Assembly (NCBI GenBank): GCA_023818895.1
Contig: JAMWCX010000001.1
Span: 269,789 to 301,788, forward strand
Direction of reading: 5' to 3'
Length of the DNA: 32,000 nucleotides
Source: Candidatus Omnitrophota bacterium
GTDB lineage: Bacteria > Omnitrophota > Gorgyraeia > 2-01-FULL-45-10
Shown: positions 17,027-23,550 of the stretch, one piece after another
Position numbering within the stretch: the first letter of the stretch is position 1
Layout of the letters: each line of letters opens with the position of its first letter
Translations under genes and position numbers: made by a program
The notes under the pieces: model-generated
The model's input: only the letters and a program-made list of their open reading frames with translations
What the model was told of the DNA's origin: nothing
The model's database searches: none

Positions 17027-18009
17027 CGAGCCCTTACCGACGTTATGGCGACAGCGTCTATTATGTCATCAACGCTGCAACCTCTTGAAAGGTCACTACA
17101 AGGCTCCGTAAAGCCCATTAGGAGCGGGCCGACCGCCCTGGCATTGGCCAGCCTCTGGGTCAGCTTATAAGAAATATTTCCGGAGTTTAGGTCGGGGAAT
17201 ATAAGAACGTTAGCCCTGCCCGCAACATCATTTCCCGGACATTTTATACGCGCGACCTCCGGAACGATAGCGCTATCCACCTGAAATTCACCGTCTATTG
17301 ATATATCCGGCATCATTCCCTTAGCGCGCGAGACGGCCTCTCTTATCTTATCGACAAGGGGCCCTTCGGCGCTCCCCTTTGAGGAATAACTCAAGAACGC
17401 GACGTGAGGCGTTTTACCGACAAGTTGCTGAAAAAGCTTCGCCGACAGCACGCCTATTCCGGCCAGCTGTCTTGCATTTGGCTCGGGATTAACGCCGCAA
17501 TCGGCGAATATGAAGACGCCGTTTTCACCGTAAGGCGAGTTCGGTATTTCCATCAAGAACGATCCGGCCACCACACCGATTTCCCTGTCTATTTTCATAC
17601 ACCTCAAGGCCGCCCGCACCGTCGCCGCCGTGGTATGGCTAGCGCCTGCGACAAACCCCGCCGCGGCACCTCTTCTCACAAGCATGGCGCCAAAACTTAA
17701 CCAATCTTCTCTTATAACTTTTCGAGCCTCATCGAGCGTCGTGCCTTTTGTCTTACGAAGTTCATAGTACTCGCTTATGAGGCTTTCTGTATCCTTATAT
17801 GTCATCGGATCTATGATCTCGAGGTCCGCTTGGTTTTTCGACTTTACAGACGATCGCAAAGTCTCTTTTCCGATAAGAATGACCTTAGCTATCTTGTTAT
17901 CCAGAATGTACTCAAGGGCCTCCATTGTCCTTGAATCCTCGCTCTCGGGAAGAACTATCTTCTTTAGGTTCGCGGATGCCCTATTCCTCAAACTTTCTAT
18001 TATGCTCAA
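17023..18009 (-). CDS. pta: phosphate acetyltransferase (short PTA_PTB form)
   Basis: 328 aa. The sequence is PTA_PTB-like (…KIVLPESEDSRTMEA…, …NVLIFPDLNSGNISYKL…) and the gene is coupled to ackA. Confidence 0.9.
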   Translation of the reverse strand: MSIIESLRNRASANLKKIVLPESEDSRTMEALEYILDNKIAKVILIGKETLRSSVKSKNQADLEIIDPMTYKDTESLISEYYELRKTKGTTLDEARKVIREDWLSFGAMLVRRGAAAGFVAGASHTTAATVRAALRCMKIDREIGVVAGSFLMEIPNSPYGENGVFIFADCGVNPEPNARQLAGIGVLSAKLFQQLVGKTPHVAFLSYSSKGSAEGPLVDKIREAVSRAKGMMPDISIDGEFQVDSAIVPEVARIKCPGNDVAGRANVLIFPDLNSGNISYKLTQRLANARAVGPLLMGFTEPCSDLSRGCSVDDIIDAVAITSVRAR

Positions 18010-18500
18010 GCGCCCCCCCTCATCTTTTTAATCAAAGCGCAAGCCACTTTCTCGGGTACAAAATTTTTCAGATCCGCTCCGAGCGAGGCGGCCTCCTTCA
18101 AAAGCCGGCTTGACACATATGAATAATCCTCGTGCGGCATCATAAATATCGTCTCTATATCATCCGCAAGTTTCCTGTTTGTAAGCGCCATCTGGAATTC
18201 GTACTCAAAATCAGAAAGCATCCTTAGGCCCCGTATCATAACATGCGACCCCTGGCTCTTAACGTAGTCAACTACCAAACCGTCAAAATCGTCTACCGTA
18301 ACGTTTTTAATCCCCTTGACAGCGTCTTTAAGCATTGACACGCGCTCCTCAACGCTGAAAAGCACGCCCTTTTGCGCGTTGTGCGCTACAGCGACTATGA
18401 CTTTACCGAATATCCTGGAGGCTCGTTTTATGAGGTCTATATGGCCGTAAGTTACGGGGTCAAAGGTGCCGGGGTAAACGGCTGTCTTTCCTGTGGTCAT
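18006..18500 (-). CDS. coaD: pantetheine-phosphate adenylyltransferase
   Basis: 164 aa. AVYPGTFDPVTYGHIDL (the T/HxGH nucleotidyltransferase motif). Confidence 0.95.
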   Translation of the reverse strand: MTTGKTAVYPGTFDPVTYGHIDLIKRASRIFGKVIVAVAHNAQKGVLFSVEERVSMLKDAVKGIKNVTVDDFDGLVVDYVKSQGSHVMIRGLRMLSDFEYEFQMALTNRKLADDIETIFMMPHEDYSYVSSRLLKEAASLGADLKNFVPEKVACALIKKMRGGA

Positions 18501-19051
18501 GCTGCTTTCCTATATATCGAAACAACGGTATCCCCGTATCTTCTGTCTTGATCAAAGACAAGATTGTTGAGATCCGCTGTAAGGATATCTTTCTTAAAAT
18601 GCTCAATGAGTATTACGCCAGTGGGCGCTACTATATCATAGGAATCCAGATTTATCAAGCACTTTTTGGCATATCCCTCATGGTAAGGCGGGTCCGAAAA
18701 TACTATGTCAAACTTATCCTTCGATTTCGAAAGCCTTACCAACACACTGATGGCATTTGCCCTAATAATATCATATAGCGAATCGGATATTCCCAGAGAA
18801 TCTAGGTTGGCTTTGATCGCCTCGGCGCACCTGAAATTATTATCGACAAAAGTAACGTGAGAAACTCCTCTGGAAAGCGCCTCTATGCCAAAAGCGCCGC
18901 TTCCCGCGAAAAGCTCCAGAACCTTTTTACCGCTGATGTCACCCAAAAAGTTAAAGATGGCCTCTCTCACCTTGTCCTGGGTCGGCCTGATACGCACGCC
19001 TCTGGGCATAGATATGATTCTGGATTTATATAACCCGCCGATTATACGCAT
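18497..19051 (-). CDS. rsmD: 16S rRNA (guanine966-N2)-methyltransferase
   Basis: 184 aa. RPTQDKVREAIFN, LELFAGSGAFGIEALSRG and the DPPY motif. Classic rsmD-coaD pairing. Confidence 0.9.
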   Translation of the reverse strand: MRIIGGLYKSRIISMPRGVRIRPTQDKVREAIFNFLGDISGKKVLELFAGSGAFGIEALSRGVSHVTFVDNNFRCAEAIKANLDSLGISDSLYDIIRANAISVLVRLSKSKDKFDIVFSDPPYHEGYAKKCLINLDSYDIVAPTGVILIEHFKKDILTADLNNLVFDQDRRYGDTVVSIYRKAA

Positions 19052-19054
19052 GTG

Positions 19055-21142
19055 TTATGCCACATTCATAAAACCCGTTCTTCCCTTAAACCTGAACGCC
19101 AAAGCCTCTCTAATAAGGCGATGGCGCTCATCCTGCAACTTTGGATCAGCGGCGACAATAGCAAACGCCTCGCGTCTTGCCCTTTCCATTATGTCAGCGT
19201 CTTTCAATATATTGCCGAATCTTATCTCAGGAAGGCCATGCTGCCTGGTCCCGAAGAATTCGCCCGGCCCTCTGATATGCAAATCAGTCTCCGCTATCTC
19301 AAAACCATCGAGGGTGCCTTCTATCGCCTTAAGCCTCTGGGCCGACTCTTCCGTTTTCGGATCGGCAAGCAATATACAATAAGATTCGTGCTCGCCGCGG
19401 CCGATCCTGCCGCGTAGCTGATGGAGCTGCGCTAATCCGAAATAATCCGCTCCCTCTACCAGCATCACTGTGGCGTTCGGCACATCAACACCGACCTCAA
19501 TTACAACTGTGGAAACCAGGACGTCGATGACACCTTTTTTGAAATCCTTCATGGTTTTATCCTTCTCCTTCGATGTCATTTTCCCGTGAAGCAGTCCCAC
19601 ATTGTAATCGGAGAATATTTCATCTCTCAACTTCTCGAAAACCGTCTCCGCGTCTTGCGTCTTGCGTCTTGTTTCTTGAGAGCTGCTTTTTATCAGGGGA
19701 CACACCACATAGGCCTGCCGTCCCTTCTGAAGCTCTTCCCTGATGAATCCGTAAACCTTGTCACGGCTTTTTTCGTCCACCCAATATGTCACTATCGGTT
19801 TGCGTCCTTTCGGCAGCTCCTTTATCACCGAAATATCGAGATCGCCGTAAACTGTCAGCGCAAGGGTCCGCGGAATAGGCGTCGCCGTCATGAGGAGTAT
19901 ATGTGGGTTGTAGCCCTTATCCTTTAAAATAGCTCTCTGCATGACTCCAAATTTATGCTGCTCGTCTATTACGGCAAGCCCCAGCCTTCTAAACTCAACG
20001 GCTTCTTGGATGACGGCGTGAGTCCCCACAACTATATCCGCTTTCCCTTCCCTTATATCCGAACAAACCTTATTTTTTGCCTTCGCCTCCATACCGCCTA
20101 CGAGCAGGCCGACGTTAACTCCAAGGGGCATTAAAAGCTCGCTCAATCCTATAAAATGCTGTCGCGCTAGCACCTCTGTTGGAGCCATCATGACGCCCTG
20201 AAACCCGTTTCCTACCGTCAGTGCAAGAGCATATGCCGCGACCACCGTCTTACCGCTTCCGACATCCCCCTCAAGCAGTCTGTTCATGGGACGGCCGGAT
20301 GCCATATCCCTTTCTATCTCGGCCATCGCTTTTTTCTGGCCATCGGTCAATTGGAATGGCAGAGACCTCTTAAATGAATCCGTAAGTTCGCCGCCGCCTA
20401 TATGGCGTATGCCGAGCTGTTCCGATTTTAAATTCTTCCTTTTCATCGCCAGCGCGAGCTGCAGGATGAAAAACTCCTCGAAAACTATCCGTTTATACGC
20501 CTTTTCCAGATTGGCAAAATTAGTTGGAAAATGAATATTCTGTATCGCGAACCTGATATCCACCAGTTTCTGGCGCGCGATTATATATGCGGGAAGTCTT
20601 TCTGTCAGGGATCGCGCGTATTTTGATATCGCAAGGTAGCTAAGGCTTCGCAGATATTTTTGAGTAAGCTGGCCACTTGACGGATACACAGGAACTATCC
20701 GCCCCATATTAATGGACAGGCCTCCGTCTTCCTTCAGTATTTCATAGTCAGGATTCACGAACTGCAGCCTATCGTATCTGTCTACCCTGCCGTATAGAAC
20801 GACTTTCTGGCCGCACCTGAAATAGCCCTTCAGATACGGCTGATTAAACCATACCGCATGCACAAAACCCGTGCCATCTGTTATCGCGATCTGAAATATC
20901 GCAAGGCCGCTTTTGGTCCGACGCGACGCGGCCGTGAACACCTGTGCCTGGACCATTTGCGGTTCGCCGGCCTTGAGATCTTTTATTCTCGTGAAACTCG
21001 ACCGGTCTTCATACCGGAACGGCAAATAGTAAAGGATATCCTCAACGGTATGTATTCCCAGTCGCGCAAGATCCTCGCCCCTCTTAGGCCCAACGCCTTT
21101 AAAGTAACGTACCGGTGTCTGTAAAATATTTTTCTGTTGCAT
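19055..21142 (-). CDS. recG: ATP-dependent DNA helicase RecG
   Basis: Wedge domain followed by the helicase core. Walker A GDVGSGKT and the DEQH box VIDEQHKFG are present. I place the start at ATG 21142 (MQQKNILQTPVRYFKGVGPKR). The ORF-track start at 21175 is a TTG with no RBS. Confidence 0.95.
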   Translation of the reverse strand: MQQKNILQTPVRYFKGVGPKRGEDLARLGIHTVEDILYYLPFRYEDRSSFTRIKDLKAGEPQMVQAQVFTAASRRTKSGLAIFQIAITDGTGFVHAVWFNQPYLKGYFRCGQKVVLYGRVDRYDRLQFVNPDYEILKEDGGLSINMGRIVPVYPSSGQLTQKYLRSLSYLAISKYARSLTERLPAYIIARQKLVDIRFAIQNIHFPTNFANLEKAYKRIVFEEFFILQLALAMKRKNLKSEQLGIRHIGGGELTDSFKRSLPFQLTDGQKKAMAEIERDMASGRPMNRLLEGDVGSGKTVVAAYALALTVGNGFQGVMMAPTEVLARQHFIGLSELLMPLGVNVGLLVGGMEAKAKNKVCSDIREGKADIVVGTHAVIQEAVEFRRLGLAVIDEQHKFGVMQRAILKDKGYNPHILLMTATPIPRTLALTVYGDLDISVIKELPKGRKPIVTYWVDEKSRDKVYGFIREELQKGRQAYVVCPLIKSSSQETRRKTQDAETVFEKLRDEIFSDYNVGLLHGKMTSKEKDKTMKDFKKGVIDVLVSTVVIEVGVDVPNATVMLVEGADYFGLAQLHQLRGRIGRGEHESYCILLADPKTEESAQRLKAIEGTLDGFEIAETDLHIRGPGEFFGTRQHGLPEIRFGNILKDADIMERARREAFAIVAADPKLQDERHRLIREALAFRFKGRTGFMNVA
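19650..19677. repeat. heptanucleotide tandem repeat (GCGTCTT x3 perfect plus a degenerate 4th copy GTTTCTT) inside recG
   Basis: Read directly from the sequence: gcgtctt gcgtctt gcgtctt gtttctt. On the coding strand it encodes ...QETRRKTQDAE.... Confidence 0.9.
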
Positions 21143-21165
21143 CCTCACTAAACCTGTGTTAATAT
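21137..21165 (+). promoter_or_regulatory. candidate rpmB promoter (TTGCAT-17 nt-TGtTAATAT)
   Basis: -35 TTGCAT at 21137-21142, a 17-nt spacer, and an extended -10 TGtTAATAT at 21157-21165. GGAG at 21181-21184 lies 7 nt before the rpmB ATG. The -35 hexamer contains the complement of the recG ATG. Confidence 0.4.
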
Positions 21166-21191
21166 AGCCCTCCAAAACGCGGAGCAGTCAA

Positions 21192-21422
21192 ATGTCTAAA
21201 ATATGCGAAATATGTGGTAAAAAACCGGTGGCCGGACGGACTATAGTACGCCGCGGCTTGGCGAAGAAAAAAGGCGGCGTTGGCCAAAAGATAACCGGCA
21301 TCTCACCGCGCCGTTTTCTTCCAAATCTCAAGACTATCCGGGCGTTGATTAATAACGTTCCAACCAGAATTACGGTTTGTGTAAAGTGCCTTAAAGCCGG
21401 CAAGGTCGTAAAAGCCGCTTAA
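21192..21422 (+). CDS. rpmB: 50S ribosomal protein L28
   Basis: 76 aa. MSKICEICGKKPVAGRTIVRRG... with a second Cys pair CVKCLK (zinc-binding L28 form). Confidence 0.95.
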   Translation: MSKICEICGKKPVAGRTIVRRGLAKKKGGVGQKITGISPRRFLPNLKTIRALINNVPTRITVCVKCLKAGKVVKAA

Positions 21423-21503
21423 TTTTAGCATACCGGCCGTAACTTTTCAAAAAAATTAGGGGCGCTCTTTTAGGAACGATCTTTTGGCTTTATGTGTTTT
21501 TTC

Positions 21504-21513
21504 TGATATATCA
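21504..21513. promoter_or_regulatory. perfect 10-bp palindrome TGATATATCA, candidate operator just upstream of the XRE promoter
   Basis: TGATATATCA is its own reverse complement. It ends 7 nt before the -35 hexamer. The half-site TGATATA recurs at 21541-21547, overlapping the -10. Confidence 0.4.
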
Positions 21514-21520
21514 ACATTAA

Positions 21521-21549
21521 TTGACAATACGCGAAATAATTGATATAAT
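21521..21549 (+). promoter_or_regulatory. consensus sigma70 promoter (TTGACA-17 nt-TGaTATAAT) for the XRE-cupin gene
   Basis: TTGACA at 21521-21526, exactly 17 nt of spacer, TATAAT at 21544-21549 preceded by TGa (extended -10). The ATG at 21568 is only about 12 nt from the expected transcription start. Confidence 0.72.
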
Positions 21550-21567
21550 CTACCGCAAAAGGCCGCT

Positions 21568-22119
21568 ATGAACGTAGGTGCGATCATACACAAGCTGCGC
21601 AAAGACAAGAAGATGACCCTCCTGGAATTATCCAATAAATCGGGTGTCGCCCTTGCCACATTAAGCAGAATAGAAAACGGAAAGATGACCGGCACGCTCG
21701 AATCACACATGCGCATATGCCAGGCCCTTGAGATATCCCTTCCCGATCTCTACCGAGATATGGTCGCCTCGACTCGCAAATTAGAAGTCCAGACTCAAAA
21801 GAACCGAACCGACGTTTTCATCCACGACAGGAAGGCGGCTTCTGAAATACTTGCCCCTGGCATCCTTAATAAAAAGATGATGCCTACTCTTATCAGGATC
21901 GCGAGCGGCGGGAATACCCCCAAGGAAGAGACCAAAACAGGGGTGGAGAAATTTCTCTACATTCTCGATGGAAAAGTAGAAGCCGTGATTGGCAGCGAAA
22001 AGTATCCTCTTTCGAAAGGTGACACATTATATTTTGAATCATCTGTCCCGCACTATTTCAGAAATACAGGCAAGGGCGACGCCCGATTAATCTCCGTAGT
22101 CTGCCCACCTACATTATAA
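21568..22119 (+). CDS. XRE-family HTH transcriptional regulator with C-terminal cupin domain
   Basis: 183 aa. HTH_3-type N-terminus (IHKLRKDKKMTLLELSNKSGVALATLSRIENGK) and a cupin_2-type C-terminus (EKFLYILDGKVEAVIG...GDTLYFESSVPHYFRNTG). Confidence 0.9.
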   Translation: MNVGAIIHKLRKDKKMTLLELSNKSGVALATLSRIENGKMTGTLESHMRICQALEISLPDLYRDMVASTRKLEVQTQKNRTDVFIHDRKAASEILAPGILNKKMMPTLIRIASGGNTPKEETKTGVEKFLYILDGKVEAVIGSEKYPLSKGDTLYFESSVPHYFRNTGKGDARLISVVCPPTL

Positions 22120-22144
22120 GGAGAGAAAAACGGAAAAATCCACA

Positions 22145-22378
22145 TTGATATGCGATGACGAGGAAGGCGTGCGGGAATCCTTACGGCTGATATTGGCGAA
22201 AAACTATAACCTATCATTTGCCTCAAACGGCAATAAAGTCATCGATCTGATGAGCAAGAGCGGTGCTGATATAGTCATCAGGGATATAAAAATGCCGCGG
22301 ATGGACGGCGTAGAGACGATGCGCCGATTGCGGCAGATAAGCCCTCGTGTTAAAATTCTTTCTCCATCCTTGTCATAA
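22145..22378 (+). pseudogene. remnant of a response-regulator receiver domain (about the first 65% only)
   Basis: The only start is TTG. The product (M)ICDDEEGVRESLRLIL...DIVIRDIKMPRMDGVETMRRLRQISPR carries the acidic pocket and the phospho-Asp (DIKMP). It then ends in non-receiver sequence (VKILSPSLS*) exactly where the opposite-strand kinase remnant begins. The conserved T/S and K regions are missing. Confidence 0.6.
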
Positions 22379-23384
22379 GTTGCTTGATAATATAAAGACC
22401 CAGCCCCACACCTGAGTGGCCATTCTTTGTCGTAAAAAACGGTTCGAAAGCATGATTCATATTTTCATCCGAAATCCCGCAACCCGTATCTCTTGCCGTT
22501 AACTCAATATAAAAACCCGCATCTTTTGCCGAGATCTTTATCCTGCCCTTTCTTCCTATGGCATGTATCGTGTTTTGAACCAGGTTAAAAAGTATCTTCT
22601 CGATATATTTTTTATTCCAGCGCACCTTAGGAGCGCCGCCAGTCGCGTCATCAACTAATATATCGTTGAGGGCCATCTCGGCTCCGGCGATATCCAAAAC
22701 GCTCTTAATGGGATCCTTAAGATCCACCGCCTCCATTAATTTGTAATCCGTGGCCTTTGAAAATTCTAAAAGATGAGTGCTAATATCGTTTATCTTATCC
22801 ACCTCTTTAGGTACGAGTTCTTGAAATTTTTCTATAAAGGAGGGGGTCGTCTTTTCTTTCTACGAGATATTCCGAAAATATCTTTATGGTCGTTATCGGA
22901 TTACGTATTTCGTGAGCCATCCCCGCGGCCAGAGTGCCGATGAGGGCCATCTTCTCTTTTTTGCGCGGCTTCGGCCTGCAATTAATTTCTTATCTTCTCG
23001 ACGGAGTCTTGAGGCGGGAAGGTAGCGAATTTCACATTGTGAGACGAAGCGACATAAAAAACATTTTTTATCTTTATCGAACAGCGAGACGGCGCACGAT
23101 GACACGCACAACATACTAATCAATTTAACGACGGTTAACTCCACCGACCTTGAAAGATCCGGGACGGCTAGAACCTCTCCGGTAAACATCTTCATCAAAT
23201 ATTTATAATTATATTTTTTCTGTAACAGATATCTGTCCGTTACACCTATTAGGAAATTTTCCAAAGGTGAAATATCAATATGACAATAATCACGCAGGGC
23301 ATTACGGCAAACCAGCAATTTTGATTTGCAAATGATAATAAATGTAATCGCCAAAGAATACGAAAATAGCATAAAGGCATACAA
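22350..23384 (-). pseudogene. decayed paralogue of the 25697-27850 sensor histidine kinase (truncated at both ends, at least 2 frameshifts)
   Basis: - The kinase is split over three frames.
- ORF 22893-23384 aligns with the last TM segment and linker of the intact kinase: PLENFLIGVTDRYLLQKKYNYKYLMKMFTGEVLAV versus PLESFLINITNKYLFQKKYDYKDLLKTFTSEVLTV.
- A second frame reads KKEKMALIGTLAAGMAHEIRNPITTI, which is the H-box.
- ORF 22350-22802 carries the N, G1 and G2 boxes (LFNLVQN, RDTGCGI, GVGLGL) but lacks the C-terminal strands.
- The frame changes map to an A6 run (22957-22962; the intact paralogue has A5 at the same codons) and a C5 run (22842-22846). Confidence 0.75.
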
Positions 23385-23415
23385 AAAGGCTGTCGAAAAC
23401 GATTATTTTTTGGTG

Positions 23416-23504
23416 AATATAGGCGGTGGGAGGAGATTCAGTGTCTTGAAGTTTATCATAATTTAGGGAATGTGGCTATAACGGATCTAAATATAGTGGG
23501 AGGA
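23416..23504. repeat. pair of direct repeats AATATA(GGCG)GTGGGAGGA in the HD-GYP/pseudogene spacer
   Basis: Copy 1 is 23416-23434 (AATATAGGCGGTGGGAGGA). Copy 2 is 23490-23504 (AATATAGTGGGAGGA). Read from the sequence. Confidence 0.8.
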
Positions 23505-23550
23505 AGTGGAAAGAGAAGCATCTATGAGATAAACTCAATCACATAACAAT

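Noticed and set aside
21188-21403. 71-aa minus-strand ORF antisense to rpmB.
   Set aside because: It fully overlaps the clearly recognisable L28 gene. There is no motif or RBS, and it would leave rpmB unannotated.
22145-22378. The 77-aa ORF taken as a functional small response regulator.
   Set aside because: The start is TTG only, with the nearest SD 19 nt away. The receiver fold is cut after about two thirds. The C-terminal residues derive from the antisense of the kinase remnant.
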